Positions 1 through 8,248 of a DNA stretch of 64,000 bases are shown in pieces. Below the pieces are notes generated by a model. The model made no database searches and had not been told where the DNA came from. It saw only the letters and a list, made by a program, of their open reading frames with translations. Source of the DNA: a virus; IMG/VR virus record IMGVR_UViG_3300037010_003037, positions 83,698 through 147,697 of that record. The stretch is one strand, 5' to 3'. Every line of letters starts with the position of its first letter. The stretch's first letter is position 1. Position numbers and translations under genes: made by a program.

Positions 1-1
1 T

Positions 2-148
2 AATAACGGTGATGTTGCGAATTATGAGCTAGTAAAAATACGCGCAATTGAAGAATTAGAAGCTTTTGATAATGAATACGTGTATGACGTAATCATGGCT
101 GATGATAGCACGCCATGGTTTTTTGCAAATGGCGTGCTCGTTCATAAT
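2..148 (+). mobile_element. Intein C-terminal splicing region (blocks F/G) in DNA polymerase
   Basis: EYVYDVIMADDSTPWFFANGVLVHN followed by S: canonical His-Asn end with Ser+1. The extein SCYY fits insertion in motif C (YGDTD/S). Confidence 0.9.
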
Positions 149-976
149 TCTTGTTATTACAAATGCATTGGGGCTACTGACAAAGCGTCAGCTATTGAAA
201 TTGCTGACTTAACAGCTGAAGGGGTGAACGATTCATTCCCCGCTTTCATGCGAGAAGCATTTAATTGTCAACCAGAATTTGACACACTTATTAAAGCAGG
301 TCGTGAAATTGTTGGATCACGAGGGTTATTTCAAGCTAAGAAAAAGTACATTATCAAGGTTATTGACGCTGAAGGTTTACCCGTTGACAAGCTAAAGTCG
401 ATGGGATCTGAAATAAAGAAGGCCGACACTCCTAAGATCATTCAGGATTTTCTGAAGACAACAGTTGACATGATCCTGGATGGTAAATCATATGATGAAC
501 TAGCAGAGTATGTGAATGGTCAGAGACGTGAAATTCTGAAAAAGAAGGTAAACGTATTTTCTTTGGGTGTTGCAAAGCAAGTAAATAATCTTGAAAAGTA
601 CATGGCTGAGTATCGCGCACCTGGTACTTTTAGATCAAAAAATGGTGGCAAGCTAACTATTCCAGGACATGCTCGTGCTGCTTGCAACTACAATGCTTTA
701 CTTGAAGAATTTGACAAAGGTGCAAAACCTATCAAAAGCGGTGACAAAGTTCTAGTTTATTACCTAAAAAAGAACGATAGAGATTTTAAGTCGATTGCTT
801 TTCCTGCAGAATTTACGCGCTTTCCAGATTGGTTTACCGAAAACTTTCAAGTTGACATTAAGAAAACCGAGGAACGCATGTTTGACAGCAAGCTTAGCGG
901 TATGTTTGCCGCAGCGTTTAATAAAGAAGTTCCAACACCACAATCTGTCTTAACTAATAGTTTGTTGGAATTTTAA
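2..976 (+). CDS. gp43: Family B DNA polymerase, C-terminal part (5'-truncated by the window), including the end of an intein
   Basis: Frame is open from position 2. PolB C-terminal motifs KKKY, KSMGSEIKKADTP, IPGHARAACNYN and IKSGDKV; ends in NSLLEF (clamp-binding-like). Confidence 0.93.
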   Translation, partial: NNGDVANYELVKIRAIEELEAFDNEYVYDVIMADDSTPWFFANGVLVHNSCYYKCIGATDKASAIEIADLTAEGVNDSFPAFMREAFNCQPEFDTLIKAGREIVGSRGLFQAKKKYIIKVIDAEGLPVDKLKSMGSEIKKADTPKIIQDFLKTTVDMILDGKSYDELAEYVNGQRREILKKKVNVFSLGVAKQVNNLEKYMAEYRAPGTFRSKNGGKLTIPGHARAACNYNALLEEFDKGAKPIKSGDKVLVYYLKKNDRDFKSIAFPAEFTRFPDWFTENFQVDIKKTEERMFDSKLSGMFAAAFNKEVPTPQSVLTNSLLEF

Positions 977-1044
977 CAATTAAAACATAAAAATGTATAA
1001 AACTGTAATACTACATAGTATAATATACTATTAGATGAAGGAAG

Positions 1045-1287
1045 ATGAAAATGATTCTACACGCTGAAGAACCAAATGATCCCGTGGTTGGGGATGCTTA
1101 CATTGGCAAAATGACCCGCACAGTAAATGTGTTTGATGGAAATGCATGGTAAACATTCAATGAATATGAGCTTTTAGAAATGGAAATGATTCATCTACTT
1201 ATGACAACAGGTAGGACACGACAACAAGCTGAGCGTGCAATTCACATGCTACAACATGGGCACATTCACAATGGAGACAAAGAATGA
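1045..1287 (+). pseudogene. Small ORF interrupted by one in-frame TAA (1150-1152)
   Basis: MKMILHAEEPNDPVVGDAYIGKMTRTVNVFDGNAW*TFNEYELLEMEMIHLL...GDKE*. The frame stays open after the TAA and ends in an ATGA overlap with the clamp start. Confidence 0.5.
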
Positions 1288-2024
1288 AATTATCGACAGA
1301 GAATACTGCTAAACTTACGTCTCTGCTCAATACAGCAAGTATTTGCGGTATTGAGAGCATCATTATAATTGATGATAAGGCCCGTGGTATCAACCCAGCA
1401 AAAACATGTTTTTTAGTATCAAGTGATAATCTTCCAAAATTTCCTCAGAAGATCGGTCTTGGTCGCTTAAAGGATCTTCAATCACGCATCAATGTTTTTG
1501 CAGATAAATCTGATGTCGTTATTGATGCAAAAGAATCAGAGCGCGGCGAGATTACATCACTTGAAATTTCTTCTGGGCGTAATAAGGTTCAATATCGTTG
1601 TCAATCCACTATGATGCTGGCAGATAGCATTCCTAAGAATGTTCCTGACGCATTCAACCCTGCGTATAAGCTGTTCATCAATAAAGACGAGATGAAAATG
1701 ATTCTTGATGCAGTACGTGTTATGAACAGCAAGCGAATTACTGTTGCTATCAAAAATGATCGCACGGTAAGTTTTACAGTTAGTGATGCATCTAATGACA
1801 ATTTTACAGTAATTCTTTCTACCCCTGCAGAGCGAATTACTGAAGATGAAGATACCGTTGTAAATTACTATGTAACAGAGGTGTTCTCGCCAGTTGTTAA
1901 AGAGCTTATGTCTCTTGACACCGCGGTGGTTCATGTCGGTGAACGTGGAACTATGACGGCAAAGATCAATCAACATAATGTCGTGCTACTCCCGCAAGTG
2001 GGTGACGACGGAGAGGAAGAATAA
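1284..2024 (+). CDS. gp45: Sliding clamp (gp45-like)
   Basis: 246 aa; MKLS...L..L N-terminus as in T4-like gp45; next to the polymerase; GGAG SD. Confidence 0.7.
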   Translation: MKLSTENTAKLTSLLNTASICGIESIIIIDDKARGINPAKTCFLVSSDNLPKFPQKIGLGRLKDLQSRINVFADKSDVVIDAKESERGEITSLEISSGRNKVQYRCQSTMMLADSIPKNVPDAFNPAYKLFINKDEMKMILDAVRVMNSKRITVAIKNDRTVSFTVSDASNDNFTVILSTPAERITEDEDTVVNYYVTEVFSPVVKELMSLDTAVVHVGERGTMTAKINQHNVVLLPQVGDDGEEE

Positions 2025-2383
2025 TGGCAGCAGAAAATATGACCATCACTGAAGCTCTAACAATGATTAAAGCACAAGGTGATAAGCTTAAAGAGTGTTA
2101 TGAGCAACTAGCAAAATGGAAATTGGAGTTTTCTTTTGAAACCGATCCAACAACGCTCGAGGTAAAAATTAAAGCACTTAAGCCATTTGGTGGGGGTGGT
2201 GTTATTCGCACTCTCACAAAAGAGGATATCCTCCATTACGCAAATGATATGGACACGCTCATTCGTGAAGTCGCGGAGCAGTTTTATGAGGTTCTCTTGA
2301 AAAAACAAATTTTTGAAGAACTCGCGCCAGGCGCTAGAAGGGTACTTGAGAACACGGCAAGCATTGCAAAAAGAACGGTATGA
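2024..2383 (+). CDS. Hypothetical protein
   Basis: 119-aa ORF coupled to both neighbours; GGAGAGG upstream. Confidence 0.75.
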   Translation: MAAENMTITEALTMIKAQGDKLKECYEQLAKWKLEFSFETDPTTLEVKIKALKPFGGGGVIRTLTKEDILHYANDMDTLIREVAEQFYEVLLKKQIFEELAPGARRVLENTASIAKRTV

Positions 2384-2682
2384 AAAAGAGCACTCTAATT
2401 AACATGAAGGAGCTGCTTGAAAGCCGCTCAAAAAAACCTTGGGCATGCTTTGAGACTGAAGGAATTACTGAAAATGGTCTTGGCGTAGCAATGCATTGGA
2501 ATGAAGCCTTCGTTAAACACCTTCACACACTAGGAATTCAAGGCGCTAATGATCATGAGACCCTTCAACTGTTTTTTATGTATATGTCTAGCCGAATCGC
2601 AGATGGTTTAATTGGTGAGGACACTATTAATCCTGAGGCAATGCCTAATCTAACTAGTGAAGCTAATAAGTTTGTTAGTTAA
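2380..2682 (+). CDS. Hypothetical phage protein
   Basis: 100-aa ORF with an ATGA overlap to the upstream gene. Confidence 0.75.
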   Translation: MKKSTLINMKELLESRSKKPWACFETEGITENGLGVAMHWNEAFVKHLHTLGIQGANDHETLQLFFMYMSSRIADGLIGEDTINPEAMPNLTSEANKFVS

Positions 2683-2712
2683 GTTTATTAGTTGTTCATA
2701 ATAGGATATAAT
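2683..2712 (+). promoter_or_regulatory. Sigma70/T4-early-type promoter
   Basis: GTTTATT-17 nt-TATAAT upstream of the RNase H gene. Confidence 0.55.
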
Positions 2713-2816
2713 TTAAATTATATTGAAAATTCTTTTGATTCAGCAGTGTTTTTAAAGTATGGTGAGACTGACACGCTGATATAAAAGCTAAGTGATAACT
2801 TATAAGGAAAAACCTA

Positions 2817-3812
2817 ATGCGTCGAATGATCGTTGACACGGCTAACCTGCTATTTCGAGTGGCAGCTGCGCACGGAAAATACAATACATCTGGAACACCG
2901 GAAGAAAAAGCAGGGTTGGCCATGCACATGGCGCTTAATACTCTAAACAAGTACTATAAAAAATACCAGCCAGACCAGCTTGCTTTAACTTTTGAGGGTC
3001 GGAATAACTGGCGTAAAAAGTATACTCAATCACCCCAATGCTTGTCTGGTAAGGTATATAAGTCAAACCGCGTCAAAGACCCGTCTATGATTCCATTCTT
3101 TGAGCTGATTGCATCGTTCGAAGAGTTGGTACGTAAGCACACATCTATAGTATGCCTTTCACACCAAGAGTTGGAAGGTGATGACTTGTTTGCGGGATAT
3201 GTTCAGCGTTTTGATGCGGTAGGTGATGAAGTAATTGGTATTTCTGGCGATAAGGACTTTGTGCAACTCCTGCGTCATAAAAATTTCATCTTGATTGACC
3301 CTGACAAAGGTAAACCCCGAAAGGTTGAAGATGTTTGTGGCATTGATGATGCTGATTTTTTTATGTTTGAAAAAGCCTTTCGCGGTGATAAAGGTGATAA
3401 CGTTTTCCCAGCATACCCGCGTGTTCTGAAAAAGCGATTGTTGAAAGCATACACAGATGAGTACGAACGTGTGAAGATCATGAATGAAACGTGGCAGTTT
3501 AAAGATCCTGATACCGGTGAAGAAAAGACTTTTCGCGTTGGTGATTTGTTTGAAGAGAACATGTTGCTTATGAATCTTGAAGCGCAGCCTGATTATATCA
3601 AGGCTATCATTAACGAAACTTTAGATTATGAGCTTGAGCATCATGGTAAGTTCTCATTCTTTCATTTTCAACGATTCTGTGGTCAGTTTGGACTAAAGCA
3701 AATTTCAGAAAATTCAACTAATTTCGTGAATATGTTTAGCGTTACGGGACAACGGTCGCCGAATCGTGAAGGTGGACGTAAGAAAAATTCTGCTACATTG
3801 CTGGAGTACTAA
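2817..3812 (+). CDS. rnh: T4 RNase H-like 5'-3' exonuclease/flap endonuclease
   Basis: IVDTAN, YKSNR, LEGDD, SGDKDFVQL and GDKGDNV motifs. Confidence 0.9.
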   Translation: MRRMIVDTANLLFRVAAAHGKYNTSGTPEEKAGLAMHMALNTLNKYYKKYQPDQLALTFEGRNNWRKKYTQSPQCLSGKVYKSNRVKDPSMIPFFELIASFEELVRKHTSIVCLSHQELEGDDLFAGYVQRFDAVGDEVIGISGDKDFVQLLRHKNFILIDPDKGKPRKVEDVCGIDDADFFMFEKAFRGDKGDNVFPAYPRVLKKRLLKAYTDEYERVKIMNETWQFKDPDTGEEKTFRVGDLFEENMLLMNLEAQPDYIKAIINETLDYELEHHGKFSFFHFQRFCGQFGLKQISENSTNFVNMFSVTGQRSPNREGGRKKNSATLLEY

Positions 3813-3877
3813 GTAGATTTTTGTGATTCCTTATGATGTGATATAAAACGTAATGTGATAGGTTTACTGCTATCTTC

Positions 3878-3885
3878 TATAAATA
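3878..3885 (+). promoter_or_regulatory. T4-type late promoter TATAAATA
   Basis: Exact gp55 consensus in an intergenic region upstream of ORF 3974. Confidence 0.75.
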
Positions 3886-3973
3886 CTTAGCGTCATTTAG
3901 ACGTAAGTGTTTTATTTTCGGGGTTTTTAAAACGTAAGCACGTTATCCCTACAGATTAAAAAGGAGATCCACC

Positions 3974-4408
3974 ATGGCAGTAAAAGATACTATTGAACTA
4001 CAGCCTACCAGCCTTCCACATATTTTTCTTTGCGACGTTGATGATTCAGGTTTGCTTAAGGAAATTGCGCTTGTAAAGCGCTTTAGCGACGGTTCCATTT
4101 ACTATATTGAAATCGACTCACTTCATGCAATTGATAAGAGCCGTATTAAGAAAATTGTTACATCTCAACATGCGGATAAGTATGAGTTGTGGGAACTGAT
4201 GTCACAAAGTAAGCTATCTAATGGAATGAATGCCCTAGATTTTTTCCACAGCAACAATGTAAAAGTTAAGCGTCCAAAGGGAGCTCGTGCTTCTTCTGGT
4301 AGTCTAGAAACAGTACCTGCATATGGTACTGATAAGATGATTGGTTCTGATTTCGTAAACCCAGCTGAAGCAACCTTAGATCCCGCTACTAAGAATTTTA
4401 GTTCATAA
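3974..4408 (+). CDS. Hypothetical late protein (monocistronic)
   Basis: 144 aa; AAGGAG SD; own late promoter and terminator. Confidence 0.85.
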   Translation: MAVKDTIELQPTSLPHIFLCDVDDSGLLKEIALVKRFSDGSIYYIEIDSLHAIDKSRIKKIVTSQHADKYELWELMSQSKLSNGMNALDFFHSNNVKVKRPKGARASSGSLETVPAYGTDKMIGSDFVNPAEATLDPATKNFSS

Positions 4409-4422
4409 GCTGTTTTTCTTGT

Positions 4423-4458
4423 AGAAACTGGGACCTGTTCAGGTCCCAGTTTCTTTTT
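4423..4458 (+). terminator. Rho-independent terminator
   Basis: AGAAACTGGGACCTG-TT-CAGGTCCCAGTTTCT followed by a T run. Confidence 0.85.
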
Positions 4459-4480
4459 AGATATTCATAGTTTATAATAA

Positions 4481-4488
4481 CATAAATA
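4481..4488 (+). promoter_or_regulatory. Late promoter variant CATAAATA
   Basis: NATAAATA box upstream of the SLT-like gene. Confidence 0.55.
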
Positions 4489-4571
4489 CAGTTCATTCTG
4501 TTTTTATAAAAGCTCTGCTCTCTATTCAGAAAGTAGACCTACCAACCCTTAAACAAGGAAGGAGATCACTC

Positions 4572-5237
4572 ATGAAACTGAGCAACTATATGCTCTCTTT
4601 GGTCGCTGTCGTTGTAACTTCAGCAGCTGTATTTGCAACAACACATATTATTAGTACTAACCCGACAACAGTTATTAGCATACCCAAAGAAGAAAGAGAC
4701 GGAACTTTTGCAGGTGATAACATTACATTAAAACTTCCAGAAAATTTATCTGACCGGCAAGCAAAACTTCTTTCCATGGCATATCAAATAGCTAAGGAAG
4801 ATGGGCATCGATACCCGCAAATTTTGCAGGGAATTATTCTTCAAGAAACTCATGCTGGTGAACTTCGTCATTACAAGGTAGCTGGGCAAGAATTTGGCCT
4901 TAAAACCAATGAACGATACTATGGCGTTGGGCAAATTAAACTTTCAGTTGCAAAGGATGTTCTTAAGCGTTATCCGCAGCTGAAAGATAAATTTAATTTC
5001 AATACGGAGATGGATGAAGAAATTATCGCGAAGCTGATTGAAGATGATAGATTTAATCTTACAGTAGCGAGTAAGTATCTATTGATTTTGCGTGATCATG
5101 GATATGATACAATAAAACAATTAGCTCTGGCATATAATCAAGGACCTGCTGGTGCTAAACGATTTGATTCAGATACACATCACTATTCGAATGGGGTTAT
5201 GAAGTATATTCAAAAGCTTAATGTTGTCAGTAAGTGA
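4572..5237 (+). CDS. Lytic transglycosylase (SLT-like) with N-terminal signal/TM segment
   Basis: Catalytic-type ILQET, YGVGQI and ALAYNQG motifs; hydrophobic N-terminus LSLVAVVVTSAAVFA; strong SD. Confidence 0.8.
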   Translation: MKLSNYMLSLVAVVVTSAAVFATTHIISTNPTTVISIPKEERDGTFAGDNITLKLPENLSDRQAKLLSMAYQIAKEDGHRYPQILQGIILQETHAGELRHYKVAGQEFGLKTNERYYGVGQIKLSVAKDVLKRYPQLKDKFNFNTEMDEEIIAKLIEDDRFNLTVASKYLLILRDHGYDTIKQLALAYNQGPAGAKRFDSDTHHYSNGVMKYIQKLNVVSK

Positions 5238-5279
5238 GTAAAGAATAGTTTATCATCTATCATCGTTAGAGCGTGTTTC

Positions 5280-6260
5280 ATGTTAAAGTCAGTAACACTT
5301 GAGAGTTTGATTAAGGAACGTCTACATCTTAGACGTTCCCGTACTGGTTGGGATGTTGGAAAGTGTCAGGTTTGCAATGATTATAAGGATCGTGCTGGCT
5401 TTAAATTTGAAAATAACTATGTTGTTTATAATTGTTGGAACTGTGGCACTACTTCTCGTTATGAGGAAGGTAGTGGGCATATTTCAAAGAACATGCGACG
5501 CATCCTAAATGCGTATGGATTTGACGATACTGAGATTAGTGATGTAGTTAACTCAACATTTTTCAAGCCAATACAAAAGGCAGAAGTTATTACTCTAAGC
5601 TCTATTTCAAAAATAAACACTAATACTCCTACTGTTAAACTTCCACCAAAATCTTATCGTATAGGGTCAGATGAATTTACTGATTATCAAGAAAAGTTAG
5701 TATCTTACTTAATCAATCGAAAAATTGATTTGATTAAATATCCATTTTATTTTTCAATGGAAACTCGATTTATTAATCGTGTTATAATTCCTTTCTATCG
5801 AAATGGGCATTTGATTTATTGGCAGGCACGCTCAATAGACGAGTCTGAAAAGAAACGGTATGATAATTCGCCAGTTTCTCGTAATGCTGTTATTTTCAAC
5901 TTTGATCAGCTTTACACATATTCTCCTGGACCATTATTTGTTACTGAAGGGGTATTTGATGCGATGATCGTAAATGGTGTCGCGATTCTTGGAAGTAAGC
6001 TAAATGATGCAAAAATTGAACTGTTTTCTAAGACTAATCGACGATTAGTTTTTGTGATAGATAAAGATAAGAATGGTAAGCAATTAGCTGAAGACGTTCT
6101 TTCAAGAGGATGGGAGATTGCATTTGCACCAGATGGTGCAAGTGACATCAACAATGCTGCTCAGCGCTTTGGAAAAATTTGGACAATTCAGCAGCTCTTT
6201 AAGAGCATTCCCAAAACAACAAGTGAAGCACAATTAGCAATCAACATAAACTGCAAATGA
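5280..6260 (+). CDS. gp61: DNA primase
   Basis: Zn ribbon CQVC...CWNC, RVIIPFY, WQAR, TOPRIM EGVFD and DKD. Confidence 0.9.
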   Translation: MLKSVTLESLIKERLHLRRSRTGWDVGKCQVCNDYKDRAGFKFENNYVVYNCWNCGTTSRYEEGSGHISKNMRRILNAYGFDDTEISDVVNSTFFKPIQKAEVITLSSISKINTNTPTVKLPPKSYRIGSDEFTDYQEKLVSYLINRKIDLIKYPFYFSMETRFINRVIIPFYRNGHLIYWQARSIDESEKKRYDNSPVSRNAVIFNFDQLYTYSPGPLFVTEGVFDAMIVNGVAILGSKLNDAKIELFSKTNRRLVFVIDKDKNGKQLAEDVLSRGWEIAFAPDGASDINNAAQRFGKIWTIQQLFKSIPKTTSEAQLAININCK

Positions 6261-6532
6261 ACAACAAATACGACTATACAAATCTTATTGAACTTTTATT
6301 GGTAGCACCTGAAGATCAACTTGATCCATCAGTACGTTCTTTGATTGAGAAGTGGAACCGACCAATGCCAAAGGCAGTACAAGTTCTTGAGGTGCTTTAC
6401 AAATGTGTTTTCTCTTCACGGTGCTCTGATTTTGTTGTTGGTACACTTGAAACAATCTATGAGCGGGCGCTTGAGAATGAAAATGTAACTCGCGCTGAAA
6501 TTGAAAAACTTGTTGCATGGTATGATCTATAA
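6257..6532 (+). CDS. Hypothetical protein
   Basis: 91-aa ORF overlapping both the primase stop and the helicase start. Confidence 0.7.
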   Translation: MNNKYDYTNLIELLLVAPEDQLDPSVRSLIEKWNRPMPKAVQVLEVLYKCVFSSRCSDFVVGTLETIYERALENENVTRAEIEKLVAWYDL

Positions 6533-7872
6533 TGGAACTTGAAAAACAAAAACTGCTAGTTAGCGCTCTCGCTAGTAATCGCGATCTTATGGCGCTGTGT
6601 TCTAGTATTATCAAACCATCATACTTTGATCCATCTCTCAAGAAGTCAGTTCGCTTCTTGAAAGAATACTTTGAGAAATATAAGGATGTACCTCGTGCTC
6701 AAGTAATACGAGCTGAAACAGGTATTATCCTGGATGATGTTGGAGAGATTAACAAAGCTGAAATGAAGTTCGTCTCTGAGGAGATTGAGACATTCTGCCG
6801 TAATAGGGCCATGACAGAAGCAATTCTTGCTGGTCCAGAACTTATTCAAAAAGGTGACTTTGGCAAAATCCTGAATGTTCTTAAAGATGCCATTTCAGTA
6901 GGGCTAGTTAAAGACCTAGGAATGGATTATTTCTCTAATCCAGAAGAGCGTTTAAAGAACACCCTTGTTACACAAGCTAGAATATCAACTGGTTGGGCTG
7001 AACTAGATGATCTTACAGGTGGGGGTCTTAGTAGACAGGAACTTATCATGTTTGCTGCTAACTCTGGTGGTGGTAAGTCAATGACAATGCTGAACTTAGG
7101 AAAAAACCTTCTTGCGCAGGGATTGAATGGTGTTTATATCTCTCTTGAAATGTCAGAGTCAGTAGTTTCTAAACGTCTTGACTCAATGATTTCAATGATT
7201 GGGCAGGATAATCTTCTCAAGGAAATGCAAAAGGTAGCTTCTATCATTGAGAAAGCTAGCGGTAAGATGGGTAAGTTCATCATCAAGCGGATGCCTGAAA
7301 ACAGAACTAATATCAATACGATTCGTTCGTACTTGCTTCAACTAGAACAAGCAACAGGGTTTCGCCCCGATTTCATCATTATTGATTACATTGACATCAT
7401 GGGAACTACCATGAGCATTTCAATGGATAACTTATTCATCAAGGACAAATACGTTACTGAAGAAGTTAGAAGCTTAGGATATGATTTTGATTGTATCATG
7501 ATAAGTGCTTCACAGCTTGGGCGTGGAGCAATTGATGCAGAAAAACTAAGTCAGGCACACATTCAAGGTGGAATTTCAAAGATAAATACATCTGATTATA
7601 CCATCGGTATTAAGCAAGATGATTTGATGAGAGCCTCTGGTGAAATCTACTTTGAAGGGTTAAAGACCCGAAATTCAGCTGGAACTGGGGTACGAAAACT
7701 TTTAGGATGGGATCCAATTTCCCTGAACATTATCTCTCTTCAGAAAAAAGAGAATCAATTACAACTTAACCGCAAATCAAAACCGGCAATTTTGAATTCT
7801 AGTAGTACACTTTTTGAACGAGAAGATGCTACAAAGAAAGATGAAGGCATTTTTAGTTTGATGAACACGTAA
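6532..7872 (+). CDS. gp41: Replicative DnaB-like helicase
   Basis: STGWAELD, Walker A ANSGGGKS, YISLEMSE, IIIDYID, SASQLGR, KTRNS. Confidence 0.93.
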   Translation: MELEKQKLLVSALASNRDLMALCSSIIKPSYFDPSLKKSVRFLKEYFEKYKDVPRAQVIRAETGIILDDVGEINKAEMKFVSEEIETFCRNRAMTEAILAGPELIQKGDFGKILNVLKDAISVGLVKDLGMDYFSNPEERLKNTLVTQARISTGWAELDDLTGGGLSRQELIMFAANSGGGKSMTMLNLGKNLLAQGLNGVYISLEMSESVVSKRLDSMISMIGQDNLLKEMQKVASIIEKASGKMGKFIIKRMPENRTNINTIRSYLLQLEQATGFRPDFIIIDYIDIMGTTMSISMDNLFIKDKYVTEEVRSLGYDFDCIMISASQLGRGAIDAEKLSQAHIQGGISKINTSDYTIGIKQDDLMRASGEIYFEGLKTRNSAGTGVRKLLGWDPISLNIISLQKKENQLQLNRKSKPAILNSSSTLFEREDATKKDEGIFSLMNT

Positions 7873-7886
7873 CAAGGAGAAAACAT

Positions 7887-8135
7887 ATGAAAATTGAAAC
7901 ACCAACTAATCTAACAATTGATGGTAAAGACTACGCTGTCGCTGACTTTAGTGACAAGGTTAAAAATTTGGTTGCAATTCGCACTGAATGGCAGAATGAA
8001 GCACAAAAAGAGCGTTTAGCACTTACAAAAACTGAAGCCGCTATCAGAGCTCTTGATGCTGAACTTGCACAACTAGTTAGTGCTGAACTCTCAGAAAAGA
8101 ATGGTGCAGCAAATGATGCTGAAATAGCATCATAA
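7887..8135 (+). CDS. Small hypothetical coiled-coil protein
   Basis: 82 aa; AAGGAG SD; LTIDGKDY N-terminus. Confidence 0.8.
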   Translation: MKIETPTNLTIDGKDYAVADFSDKVKNLVAIRTEWQNEAQKERLALTKTEAAIRALDAELAQLVSAELSEKNGAANDAEIAS

Positions 8136-8157
8136 AAGCATAACTTTTTATTAAAAT

Positions 8158-8180
8158 CAGGGGCCTTAAGGCCCCTGTTG
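8158..8180 (+). terminator. Probable terminator hairpin
   Basis: CAGGGGCC-TTAA-GGCCCCTG with a short T tail, after the replication operon. Confidence 0.65.
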
Positions 8181-8199
8181 TGCATGAAAATACATTATC

Positions 8200-8207
8200 T
8201 ATAAATA
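8200..8207 (+). promoter_or_regulatory. T4-type late promoter TATAAATA
   Basis: Exact consensus; implies the downstream gene starts at ATG 8249 rather than GTG 8180. Confidence 0.75.
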
Positions 8208-8248
8208 CATTGTTGACTCTTAACCTTCTACTATATCATTATTATTTC

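Noticed and set aside
8180-8248. GTG start at 8180 for the giant protein
   Set aside because: It abuts a terminator hairpin and lies upstream of the late promoter at 8200; ATG 8249 fits better.
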